A DNA stretch of 64,000 nt from Candidatus Latescibacterota bacterium (lineage in GTDB: Bacteria > Latescibacterota > UBA2968 > GCA-2709665): positions 1,760,001-1,824,000 of the forward strand of contig OZ242358.1 in NCBI GenBank assembly GCA_965208835.1. Reading direction: 5' to 3'. Shown one piece after another: positions 46,741-55,882 of the stretch (its first letter is position 1; each line of letters starts with the position of its first letter). The translations under genes were made by a program, and so were the position numbers. The notes beneath the pieces are model-generated. The model searched no databases, was not told the origin of the DNA, and worked only from the letters and a program-made list of their open reading frames with translations.

Positions 46741-48357
46741 ATGACAGGGGCCGACATCCTGATCCGGAGCCTCAAGGCACAGAACGTCCGCTGTATCGTC
46801 GGCATGCCGGGCAATCAGAACATCGACATCTACGACGCCCTGTTGCGCACCGGCGGAATCGAGCATTACCTCATCCGAAACGAGCAGGGCGCGACGCTGA
46901 TCGCCAATGGATTTGCCCGCGCATCGGGCGAAGTGGGGGTTGCGCTCACGGTCCCCGGCCCCGGCGCGACGAACGCGTCCACCGGAATCGTCGACGCCCA
47001 CACGGACTGCGTTCCCGTGCTGCTGATCACCGGAGGCACCGAAGTGGCCTATAACGGGCGAGACCGGAGCAAGTGCTTCCATGGCCTGGACCAGGCCGCG
47101 TTCTTCGCGCCGATCACACGGTTCTTCGCCCGCCCCGAACGCATCGAAGATATCCCCGATGCCGTCAGAGGCGCCTTCGCCGCCCTGCGCGCGCCCAGAC
47201 CCGGTCCGGCGGTGATCGAACTGCCCATGGACGTGGCCGCCGCGGAGGGCGATGCCGACGTCCCCGCGTACGTGGAGGGGAACCGTCCGACGCCCGATTC
47301 CCCGGACCTGCGCCGCGTCGCCGAAGTGATCGCACGAATGGAGCGGCCGGCCATCCTCGCCGGCGGAAATATCGCAGATGCGAACGCATCCCCTGAACTC
47401 AGGACATTTTCGGAAACGCTGAACGCGCCCGTACTGTTCAGCCGGCTCGGCAAGGGTGTTTTTCCCGACTCCCATCCACTTTCGGCGGGCCACTGCCGCG
47501 GCCGGCTGGCAAAGAACGTCCTCCGACATTCGGACGGGCTCATCGCGGTGGGTTGCCGATTCACCCAGATCGACACCTCCGGCTGGACCATGGAAATGCC
47601 GTCTCTGCGCGTACAGGTGGATCCCGACCCCGCCGAAATCGGGCGCGAAATCACCATAGACGCGGGCGCGGCGGGCGACCTGAAGCAGTCTCTGTCCGCA
47701 CTGCTGGAAGCGCTGCTTGAAATGGAAAAACCGGATTTCGCATGGAGGGACACTCTGGATCGAGCCAGGGGGGAAATCGCACAGTCACGCCGGCCGCTGC
47801 CTATTATGTCCGCGATGAGAGAGCACCTCGATGCGGACGCCGTCGTATCCGTGGACGTGACTTCCATCGGATACCGGTCCTTCGACGAATTCCCCGTGGA
47901 ACATCCGCGGTGTTTCATGTACCCCTGCCATTCGGTCACGCTCGGATTCGCGGCGCCGGCAGCGATTGGCGCGAAGCTCGCCCAACCTCACCGTCAGGTG
48001 GCCGCCTTCTGCGGCGACGGCGGGTTTCAGATGACCGCGTTCGAACTGGCAACCGCCGCCGAACATGGGATCGAGATTATCTGCGTGGTCATCAACGACG
48101 GCAGCCTGAGCGCGATCCGGGGCGCCCAGGCAAAGGCATTCAACGGACGGGTCATCGACACGGACATGCAGACACCGCGCGTCGCCGACCTCGCGCGCTC
48201 CATGGGCGCCCGGGGCGTTCGGGTGGACGACCCGGACCGTTTCCCCGCCGCTTTTGCCGACGTCATCGGCCTCGAGGGACCGACCGTCATCGAGGTTGTG
48301 ATGCAGAAACAGCGCGACGCCCTTATCAGGCAGGTGCCCTGGCTGTATCCCGACTGA
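46741..48357 (+). CDS. Thiamine-diphosphate-binding protein (acetolactate synthase-like family)
   Basis: GMPG, RNEQGA, GPGATN, GDGGF...N ThDP motif. Confidence 0.9.
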   Translation: MTGADILIRSLKAQNVRCIVGMPGNQNIDIYDALLRTGGIEHYLIRNEQGATLIANGFARASGEVGVALTVPGPGATNASTGIVDAHTDCVPVLLITGGTEVAYNGRDRSKCFHGLDQAAFFAPITRFFARPERIEDIPDAVRGAFAALRAPRPGPAVIELPMDVAAAEGDADVPAYVEGNRPTPDSPDLRRVAEVIARMERPAILAGGNIADANASPELRTFSETLNAPVLFSRLGKGVFPDSHPLSAGHCRGRLAKNVLRHSDGLIAVGCRFTQIDTSGWTMEMPSLRVQVDPDPAEIGREITIDAGAAGDLKQSLSALLEALLEMEKPDFAWRDTLDRARGEIAQSRRPLPIMSAMREHLDADAVVSVDVTSIGYRSFDEFPVEHPRCFMYPCHSVTLGFAAPAAIGAKLAQPHRQVAAFCGDGGFQMTAFELATAAEHGIEIICVVINDGSLSAIRGAQAKAFNGRVIDTDMQTPRVADLARSMGARGVRVDDPDRFPAAFADVIGLEGPTVIEVVMQKQRDALIRQVPWLYPD

Positions 48358-48382
48358 TGATTTTGCGAGAAAGCGAGGCGAT

Positions 48383-49516
48383 ATGAAGATAACAGAGGTC
48401 AAGACTTTTCCCATATTCTACGGTTCCAGGAACTACCTCTTTGTCAAAATAGAAACCGACGAGGGCATCTACGGAGTCGGTGAGTTCGGCATCACGTGGA
48501 AGGAGCAGGCCGGGGTCGGCGCCATTCGCCACATGGCCTCAGATCTCGTCGGCCAGGACCCGCTAAACACTGAATACATCTGGCAGGTCCTCTTCAGGGG
48601 CGACTTTTTCCCTGGCGGGCGCATTCACATGGCGGCGCAGAGCGCGATCGATATCGCCCTGTGGGACATCAAGGGCAAGGCCCTGGGCCAGCCGGTCTAT
48701 ATGCTGCTGGGCGGCAGGCTGCGGGACCGAGTGGTCTGCTATACCGGGATCGGCGGCGGGACGCCCGAAGAAACGGCCCGTTCGGCGAAGGACCGTGCCT
48801 CTGAAGGGTGGAAATATCTCCGCATGTCCGTTCTCGACCGGGACGGCATCCTGGAGCCGTCGACAGCCGTTCGGGACTCCGTTGCGCATTTCGCCGCCGC
48901 CCGGGAAGCAGTCGGCCCGGAAGTCGAAATCTGCATCGACGTTCACACGCGGCTGGACCCGCCCGATACCATCCGGCTGGGCCGCAAACTGGAACCGTAC
49001 GATCCGTTCTTTATCGAAGACCCGCTCAGATGTGAAAACCCGCAGACCTACCGACTGGTCCGCAGCCACGTCAACTGTCCGCTGGCGGTTGGCGAACACT
49101 ATGCCACCAAGTGGGAATTCCGACAGCTCATCGAAGAAGAACTTGCCGACTACGCGCGCATCGACCTCTGTATTGTCGGCGGTCTTACTGAGGCTCGCAA
49201 GGTGGCGAACTGGGCCGAGACCCACTACATCAAGATTGTGCCGCACAACCCCCTCGGACCCGTTTCGGCCGCCGCCTGCCTCCACCTGGACGTTGCCACG
49301 GACAACTTTGCCGTTCAGGAGGGCGGCATGGTTGGTCGCACCGTCCTGGAGGACCTGTTTCCCGTACAGGTGCCCTACGAGTCGGGTTACCTCATCGCCA
49401 CGGACCGCCCCGGACTGGGGGTTGAATTCGACGAGTCCGCGGCGGCGAAGTATCCGTTCCGGTGGGGCCACGGCCCGCGCCTGCACCGGGAAGACGGATC
49501 GTTCACCAACTGGTAG
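48383..49516 (+). CDS. Mandelate racemase/MLE family acid-sugar dehydratase (DgoD-like)
   Basis: SAIDIALWDIKGK, IDVH, FIEDP, AVGE, PHNP.GP, PGLGVEFDE. Confidence 0.9.
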   Translation: MKITEVKTFPIFYGSRNYLFVKIETDEGIYGVGEFGITWKEQAGVGAIRHMASDLVGQDPLNTEYIWQVLFRGDFFPGGRIHMAAQSAIDIALWDIKGKALGQPVYMLLGGRLRDRVVCYTGIGGGTPEETARSAKDRASEGWKYLRMSVLDRDGILEPSTAVRDSVAHFAAAREAVGPEVEICIDVHTRLDPPDTIRLGRKLEPYDPFFIEDPLRCENPQTYRLVRSHVNCPLAVGEHYATKWEFRQLIEEELADYARIDLCIVGGLTEARKVANWAETHYIKIVPHNPLGPVSAAACLHLDVATDNFAVQEGGMVGRTVLEDLFPVQVPYESGYLIATDRPGLGVEFDESAAAKYPFRWGHGPRLHREDGSFTNW

Positions 49517-49537
49517 GCATACAACGGCGCATCAACG

Positions 49538-49570
49538 AAAAAGGGTTACGCCAACAAGGCGTAACCCTTT
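49538..49570. terminator. Bidirectional intrinsic terminator
   Basis: aaagggttacgcc-aacaa-ggcgtaacccttt between convergent genes. Confidence 0.85.
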
Positions 49571-49577
49571 GATATAT

Positions 49578-49664
49578 TGGTGCCGAAGCCGAGACTCGAA
49601 CTCGGACGGGCATGCGCCCACTGCGCCCTCAACACAGCGTGTCTACCATTTCCACCACTTCGGC
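49578..49664 (-). tRNA. tRNA-Leu (anticodon GAG)
   Basis: GCCGAAG acceptor stem, anticodon loop TTGAGGG, long variable arm, GTTCGAG T-loop, encoded CCA; follows secG. Confidence 0.95.
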
Positions 49665-49760
49665 ATCAACGAACCGTCCGTCTGCCCGGCCGATCACGGG
49701 CGAAACGGCCGAGATATGCACTCGTTCGAACGTTGACGTTCCGGGTGTCGGAAGGAGTCG

Positions 49761-50156
49761 TTACCGTACCGTATCGGCCGGCGACGTTGCCGGCGCGGTA
49801 CGTTCGGTAGCCGCGCCCTGTCCGGCCCGGTCCAGCGGCTGGGGCAGGCCCGACGGCGTGCTCTGGAGCGGCACGGGCTGTTCCCGGAGGGCCCGTTCCG
49901 CCGCGGTTTCGGGAGCCGTACCCGTATCCCTGGAAGCGTACCATAGGCTGATGCAGGTGAGAAAAAACACAACCGCCAGAACGGTCGTCGTCTTGCTCAG
50001 AAACGTCGCTGCACCGGCCCCGCCGAACATCGCACTGCCACCGCCGCCGCCGCCAAAGGCGGTGGAGAGGCCGCCACCTTTGCTGGCCTGCAACAGGATG
50101 GTTACGATCAGAACCAGGCAAACCAGAACATGTACGATCAGAAGAAGGGTTGTCAT
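49761..50156 (-). CDS. secG: Preprotein translocase subunit SecG
   Basis: ILLQ.SKGGGL..AFGGG...FG..GA.TFLSKTT; sits between tpiA and tRNA-Leu. Confidence 0.95.
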   Translation of the reverse strand: MTTLLLIVHVLVCLVLIVTILLQASKGGGLSTAFGGGGGGSAMFGGAGAATFLSKTTTVLAVVFFLTCISLWYASRDTGTAPETAAERALREQPVPLQSTPSGLPQPLDRAGQGAATERTAPATSPADTVR

Positions 50157-50168
50157 GTTGATTCCCGC

Positions 50169-50936
50169 TCAAATTTCAGGCTGAAGTGCCGCTTTCACGA
50201 TGGCCGCGAATGAATCGGGCTTGAGTGAGGCCCCGCCGATCAATCCGCCGTCTATATCCGGCCTGTTGAACAGTTCGGCGGCGTTTTCGGGCTTTACGGA
50301 TCCCCCGTATTGGATTCGCACGTCCCGCGCGACGTTGTCGTTGTAGAGTTCCCGCAAGACCCGGCGGATGGACGTATGAACGGACTCGGCCTGTGAGGGC
50401 GTGGCCGTCATACCGGTGCCAATGGCCCACACGGGTTCATACGCGACAACACAGCCGACCGCCTCGGTTGCCGACACATTGGCGAACCCCGCCGTGACCT
50501 GCCGCCGCACCACCCGTTCGGTTGCCCCGGATTGACGCTCGTCAAGAGTCTCACCCACACAGACAATGGGCTTCAGCGCGGCGCTCAATGCAGCCCTAAG
50601 CCGCTGATTTACAGTTGTATCCGTTTCACCGAACCAGATGCGTCGTTCAGAGTGTCCTAATATAACGTACTCACATCCGCATGTCAACAGCATCCCAGCG
50701 GAAACCTCCCCTGTAAACGCCCCTTTATCCGCCCAGTGCAGATTCTGCGCGCCTAGCTTTACTGAACTGTCCCCCAGCACGTTACGTACCCGATCCAGAA
50801 CCGTGAAAGCGGGGCACACCACAACCTCAACCCTTGCCATGCCGTCCAACGAGTCCACAATGCCCCGCGCGAGTTGCTCCGCCTCCCCCGACGCCATGTT
50901 CATCTTCCAGTTTCCTGCCACAATGGGTACGCGCAT
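50169..50936 (-). CDS. tpiA: Triosephosphate isomerase
   Basis: AGNWKMN, GHSERR, AYEPVWAIGTG, YGGSV, GGASL. Confidence 0.98.
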   Translation of the reverse strand: MRVPIVAGNWKMNMASGEAEQLARGIVDSLDGMARVEVVVCPAFTVLDRVRNVLGDSSVKLGAQNLHWADKGAFTGEVSAGMLLTCGCEYVILGHSERRIWFGETDTTVNQRLRAALSAALKPIVCVGETLDERQSGATERVVRRQVTAGFANVSATEAVGCVVAYEPVWAIGTGMTATPSQAESVHTSIRRVLRELYNDNVARDVRIQYGGSVKPENAAELFNRPDIDGGLIGGASLKPDSFAAIVKAALQPEI

Positions 50937-50976
50937 TCCCACCTCTCCACCAGGTTTTCGAATCAGACCGTGTGGT

Positions 50977-52170
50977 TCACGTCTGGCGATCGGCCAACGC
51001 GGCCACCCCCGGAAGCAGTTTGCCTTCGAGGAATTCCAGGAAAGCCCCGCCGCCGGTGGAAACATGCCCCAGCCTGTCCGCCAGACCGGACGCCGTCAGC
51101 GCCGCGACCGTCTCCCCGCCGCCCGCGAGGGTATTCGCGCCCCGCGACGAAGCCCTTGCCACCGCGTGCGCCACCGCCTTCGTGCCCCCGGCAAAGGCCG
51201 GGATCTCCGACACCCCCATCGGTCCGTTCCACACCACGGATCCGGCGTTGAGGATCTCGTCCGAGAATGTGGACCGCGTATCGGGCCCGATATCGAACCC
51301 TTCCAGCTCCCGCGGCATCCTGTCACGGGGTACGACCTGTATCGCCGTCTCGTCGCGGGACTCGGGCGCAACCACGCAGTCGGTGGGCAGAAGTAACCGG
51401 ACGTCTGCGTCTGCGGCCCGCTGCAGCAGGACTTCCGCCATCCCCACGCGGTCTGCCTCGAGCAGGGACCGTCCGATCTCCAATCCCATCGCCTTGTAGA
51501 AGGTGTACGCCATACCGCCGCCGATCAGGAGCGTATCCACGAGGGTCAGCAGGTGCTGGATGACGTCGATTTTGCCCGATATCTTGGCGCCGCCCAGTAC
51601 CGCGACAAACGGCCGGGCGGGCGCGGACAATGCATTCTCCAGACAATCCAGTTCCCGCTGCATCAGGAACCCGGCCGCACAGTCCACGAAGTGGTGGGTG
51701 ACGCCTTCCGTGGACGCGTGCGCCCGGTGAGCCGTTCCGAATGCGTCGTTCACGTAGGCCGAACCCAATTCACAGAGTCGCCGGGCGAATTTGGGATCGT
51801 TTGCCTCTTCCTCCGCGTGAAATCTCAAATTTTCCAGCATCACAACGCCGTCCGCGCGCTTTACAATCGCCTCCGCATCAGCGCCCACGCAATCCGGTGC
51901 CATTGCGACCTCCCGGCCCATCAGCTCGCCGAGGCGTGCCGCAGCGGGCTTCAGCGACAGTTCGGGAACGACGCTTCCCTTCGGCCTTCCGAGGTGCGAC
52001 ATCAGGATCGGCACGCCTCCCCGCTCCAGGATATACCGGAGTGTCGGAACGGCGGCCCGAATCCGCGTGTCGTCTCCAATCTCGCCGTTCTGGAGCGGCA
52101 CGTTGAAATCGACCCGCACCAGCACCCGCCGTCCCGCGAGCTCCAGATCCGTAATTGAAAGTTTCGCCAT
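50977..52170 (-). CDS. pgk: Phosphoglycerate kinase
   Basis: RVDFNVP, SHLGRP, ENLRF, NDAFG.AHRAHAS, WNGPMG, STGGGA. Confidence 0.98.
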   Translation of the reverse strand: MAKLSITDLELAGRRVLVRVDFNVPLQNGEIGDDTRIRAAVPTLRYILERGGVPILMSHLGRPKGSVVPELSLKPAAARLGELMGREVAMAPDCVGADAEAIVKRADGVVMLENLRFHAEEEANDPKFARRLCELGSAYVNDAFGTAHRAHASTEGVTHHFVDCAAGFLMQRELDCLENALSAPARPFVAVLGGAKISGKIDVIQHLLTLVDTLLIGGGMAYTFYKAMGLEIGRSLLEADRVGMAEVLLQRAADADVRLLLPTDCVVAPESRDETAIQVVPRDRMPRELEGFDIGPDTRSTFSDEILNAGSVVWNGPMGVSEIPAFAGGTKAVAHAVARASSRGANTLAGGGETVAALTASGLADRLGHVSTGGGAFLEFLEGKLLPGVAALADRQT

Positions 52171-52347
52171 GTTACCTGTCCTGGCGGTTATAAGAGAGGG
52201 AGCCGTCCCGCGCGTGCATCCCGCGTGGTCTGGCTCCCGCATGCCCGCTTTCGGTACGGTTGCCCAAAAGCGGTCTTCCTGAATTCGTATCTGTTCAACT
52301 CCCGGGTGCGACGGACCGCACGCCGGTCGGCTGGGTCGCTTCCGAGC

Positions 52348-53361
52348 CTATTCGTCCGCCTGACGGGACGTCCCCAGCGTCTCTACGAGGTCCACACACC
52401 GGCAGGAATACCCCCATTCGTTATCGTACCAGCCGCACACCTTCACCAAATTCCCGCCCATGACCGTTGTCATTTCCGAATCGAGCACACAGGAATGGGG
52501 GTTGCCGATGATGTCCGCGGAGACAAGGGGCTCGTCCGAGTACTCCAGAATGCCTTTCAGTCGGCCATCCGAAGCCGTCCTGAACGCCTCGTTGACGGAC
52601 TCCACGGTCGCCGGATTCCGCAGTGTCGCCACAAAATCCGTATAGGAGCCATCGGGCGTGGGGACCCGCACAGCCATCCCGTCCAGATTACCGTTCAACT
52701 CTGGGATCACCTTGCCCACGGCGCTGGCGGCCCCGGTTGTCGTCGGGATCATGGACAGGGCCGCGGACCTGGCTCTGCGCAGGTCCGAGTGCGGCGCATC
52801 GATCATGCGCTGGTCGCCGGTATAGGCGTGAATGGTCGTCATCAGTCCCTTCTCGACGCCGAACGACTCCTGCAGGACGCTCACCATCGGGGCCAGGCAG
52901 TTCGTGGTGCAGGATGCATTGGAGATCACCCTGTCCTGTTCGGTCAACGTTTCATGATTGATGCCCATCACCACCGTCGGCACGTCGCCCCTGGCCGGGG
53001 CCGATATGATCACCCGTCCTGCGCCCGCGCCGAGGTGCTTGCCGGCGCTGTCTTTGTCCGTGAACAATCCCGTTGACTCGATCACCACGTCCACCCCGAG
53101 CGTGCGCCACGGCAACATGACCGGATCGCGCTCGGCCAGTACGATGACCTCGTTTCCGTCCACGTCCAGAGATTTTTCCCGGATTACCACATTGCCCGGA
53201 TATCTTCCGTGCGTCGAGTCGTACTTCAGCAGATGTCCCAGCGTCCCGGCGTCGGTCAGATCGTTTACCGCCACGACGTCGATGCTGGGTCTGCGCATCG
53301 CCGCGCGGAATACGAGCCTGCCGATTCGCCCGAATCCGTTAATGGCCACCTTGATCGCCAT
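52348..53361 (-). CDS. gap: Type I glyceraldehyde-3-phosphate dehydrogenase
   Basis: INGFGRIGR, SNASCTTNCLAP, WYDNEWGY; SD GGAGG. Confidence 0.98.
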   Translation of the reverse strand: MAIKVAINGFGRIGRLVFRAAMRRPSIDVVAVNDLTDAGTLGHLLKYDSTHGRYPGNVVIREKSLDVDGNEVIVLAERDPVMLPWRTLGVDVVIESTGLFTDKDSAGKHLGAGAGRVIISAPARGDVPTVVMGINHETLTEQDRVISNASCTTNCLAPMVSVLQESFGVEKGLMTTIHAYTGDQRMIDAPHSDLRRARSAALSMIPTTTGAASAVGKVIPELNGNLDGMAVRVPTPDGSYTDFVATLRNPATVESVNEAFRTASDGRLKGILEYSDEPLVSADIIGNPHSCVLDSEMTTVMGGNLVKVCGWYDNEWGYSCRCVDLVETLGTSRQADE

Positions 53362-53384
53362 CTTGTCTACCTCCAGAGCAATTA

Positions 53385-53576
53385 ACCTCAATCCGAAAAA
53401 ACAGCAACGCGGCGACGCGAAAAAACCTTCCGAATCGGGGCGTTATCGACGTATAGAAGGGCGTTTTTTCCCTTCACGTCCAGTGTCCTGGTGTATCCTG
53501 GTAATCCGCCGTCTAATCGCCTTTATTTACAAGCGCATTTTAGAATTAACGTCCCCGAAGACCTTCGAATCAAGGT
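53385..53576. mobile_element. MITE family A, copy 2 (about 192 bp), between pfk and gap
   Basis: Ends ttaacctcaatccgaa / ttcgaatcaaggttaa (13/16 inverted match); TA flanks; collinear with 22462-22654. Confidence 0.85.
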
Positions 53577-53730
53577 TAAAAACCGGTCGGCCGATTGCCA
53601 CCGGGGCTATGCGGGCGTAAACCATTATGCGTCGTGCAATTGACGGATCGGCGCGCACCTTGCAAGGTTACTGTTTTGCGCACCAGGCCAGGACATCGGC
53701 ATCGAATTCCGTCGACACGGAAGTTCGTGG

Positions 53731-54768
53731 TTATCCGAAAAAGACCCTGGCGATATCGTAAAGATTCATATCCACGGTACGCAGCTTGGATACGGCGTCT
53801 TTCAACGGCACAGACACGATATCGGTGCCCCGCAGCGCCACCATATTGCCGAAATTTCCGGCGTGGACGAGGTCGATTGCGGCAATGCCGAAGCGGGTGC
53901 CGAGGACCCGGTCGAACGCTGTGGGGTTGCCTCCGCGCTGGATGTGGCCCAGAACGGTCACCCGGGTTTCGAAACCCGTTCGTCTTTCTATTTCTTCCCC
54001 AAGTACGATGCCAATCCCGCCAAGACGGACGTGCCCGAAGGCGTCGCGTTCCTCGGACTGAAGCACAAGAGATTCGTCGGACAGGCGGGCGCCCTCGGCC
54101 ACGACCACGATGCTGAAGGTCTTGCCGCGGTCGTGTCGTTTCTGGATGGAAGAACAGACCATTTCCAGTTCGACCGGCTGTTCGGGAATCAGGACCATAT
54201 CGGCGCCGCCCGCAATGCCCGCCTCCACGGCGATCCACCCCGCATGACGCCCCATCACCTCCACCACCATCACCCGGTTGTGTGACTCGGCGGTGGTGTG
54301 CAACCTGTCGATGGCGTCGGTGACCGTATTGATGGCCGTATCGAAACCGAAGGTCTGGTCCGTGCCGTCAAGGTCGTTGTCGATGGTCTTTGGCACGCCG
54401 ATTACGTTCACGCCGTCTTCGTACAGCCTGCTGGCGACACCGACCGTGTCGTCTCCGCCAACGGCAATCAGCGCATCCAGCTCCATTGTGACCATATTCC
54501 GTTTCACGGTGTCGGCGCCGTCAGGCTCGTTATAAGGGTTGGTCCTGGACGTGCCCAGGATCGTTCCTCCCCTGGGCAGAATACCGGAGACCGCATTCAG
54601 GTCCAGCGGCATCGAAACCGACTCGAGCATGCCCCGCCAGCCCAGCATCACCCCTACGATATCATATCCGTATGCGTCTGTCCCTTTCCGCGTGACCGCG
54701 CGGATGACCGCATTCAGACCGGGACAATCGCCGCCGCCGGTTAATATCCCGACACGCCTTCGCGCCAT
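53731..54768 (-). CDS. pfkA: 6-phosphofructokinase, group III, with PPi-type signature
   Basis: TGGGDCPGLN, GGDDT, PKTIDND, EVMGRHAGW, LGHIQRGG. Confidence 0.92.
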   Translation of the reverse strand: MARRRVGILTGGGDCPGLNAVIRAVTRKGTDAYGYDIVGVMLGWRGMLESVSMPLDLNAVSGILPRGGTILGTSRTNPYNEPDGADTVKRNMVTMELDALIAVGGDDTVGVASRLYEDGVNVIGVPKTIDNDLDGTDQTFGFDTAINTVTDAIDRLHTTAESHNRVMVVEVMGRHAGWIAVEAGIAGGADMVLIPEQPVELEMVCSSIQKRHDRGKTFSIVVVAEGARLSDESLVLQSEERDAFGHVRLGGIGIVLGEEIERRTGFETRVTVLGHIQRGGNPTAFDRVLGTRFGIAAIDLVHAGNFGNMVALRGTDIVSVPLKDAVSKLRTVDMNLYDIARVFFG

Positions 54769-54937
54769 GGGTGCGCTCCGTACATCGTTCGGTTGAACGC
54801 CATAACCTGTCGCGCGGACAGGGTCCGTTTGCACGGCATCCTATCCGCAATAATACTCGTTCGGAACCAGTAAATTTAAGGCATGCCTCGCTGGGTGTCA
54901 AGTTGTTTTTTTTGTCAAAGTGTTTGGAATCAATGCG

Positions 54938-55729
54938 TTAGATGAATAGATCGGTGCCAGTGTCGACCGCCAGGGCATGTGGTTTTTCCTCGTCGAGATA
55001 GGGACAGGCAACAGCCGCCACGTTGACTTCGGACGCCCCTGCGTCCAGCAGTGCCGCGGCGCAGGCGTTCGCCGTGGCCCCGGTGGTGACCACGTCGTCC
55101 ACCAGCAGGACAGGGTGTCCTCCGACCAGATCCGTTCTGCGTCCGAGAAAGGCCCCCTCCACGTTAGCGCCGCGTTCAGCCGAGTCCAGGTTCGTCTGTG
55201 TTTCCGTAGCGCGCACACGCTTCAGCACCCGTTCCTCAACGGAAAGCTCCAGCACCCGCGCCAGGGCTCGTGCAATCAATACGCTCTGGTTGTAACCGCG
55301 TTCCCTTAACCTGCTTCCGTGAAGGGGCACCGGCACCACAATCGGCCGGGCGGCCGCCAGCGATTCGCCGTCCAACATTCGACCCAATGCGCGGCCAAGG
55401 GTCTGGCCGGCAGCGGTCTGACCCTGGTATTTCAACATGTGGACCATGCGCTGCACCGAACGGCTGAACGGCGTGAGCGCGCACATCCGGGCGAAGACGA
55501 ATTCCTTGTCCGTGCAATTTCTGCAGGGTTTGGCGTGCCCCGGACAGCCGCATCGGCGGCACCGCGGCTCTTTGATGACACCCAGGCTCTCCCAGCACAC
55601 GGGGCAAAGCCCGTCGGTCTCGTCCAGCGGTGTCCCGCAGAGCAGACAATGCGGAGGGTATACGAATGCCTGAACGGATTCTACCGCGGTTTGAAGAAGG
55701 CGTATGAAAGCGTCCCGCTTCACATCCAT
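54938..55729 (-). CDS. comF: ComF-family phosphoribosyltransferase-like protein with double zinc ribbon; start approximate
   Basis: Four CxxC motifs, PVPLH..R..ERGYNQ, LLVDDVVTTGAT. Confidence 0.9.
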   Translation of the reverse strand: MDVKRDAFIRLLQTAVESVQAFVYPPHCLLCGTPLDETDGLCPVCWESLGVIKEPRCRRCGCPGHAKPCRNCTDKEFVFARMCALTPFSRSVQRMVHMLKYQGQTAAGQTLGRALGRMLDGESLAAARPIVVPVPLHGSRLRERGYNQSVLIARALARVLELSVEERVLKRVRATETQTNLDSAERGANVEGAFLGRRTDLVGGHPVLLVDDVVTTGATANACAAALLDAGASEVNVAAVACPYLDEEKPHALAVDTGTDLFI

Positions 55730-55882
55730 ACCTTCGGAATAATGAGAAATGGCTTGCAAAAGCCGCCTCATAGCGATACATTCTCCCACTCAACGCGATC
55801 GGTCGCGAGCGTCTGCGAAGCCGGCTTTGGTCGCGTAGCATCAGCCCTCCGGCACGGTCACACACGTTCCCAAACGTCATCT

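Noticed and set aside
49578-49664. tRNA-Leu as an attachment site for an integrated element
   Set aside because: No integrase nearby, the tRNA is followed directly by its terminator, and I saw no convincing duplicate of its 3' end in the window.
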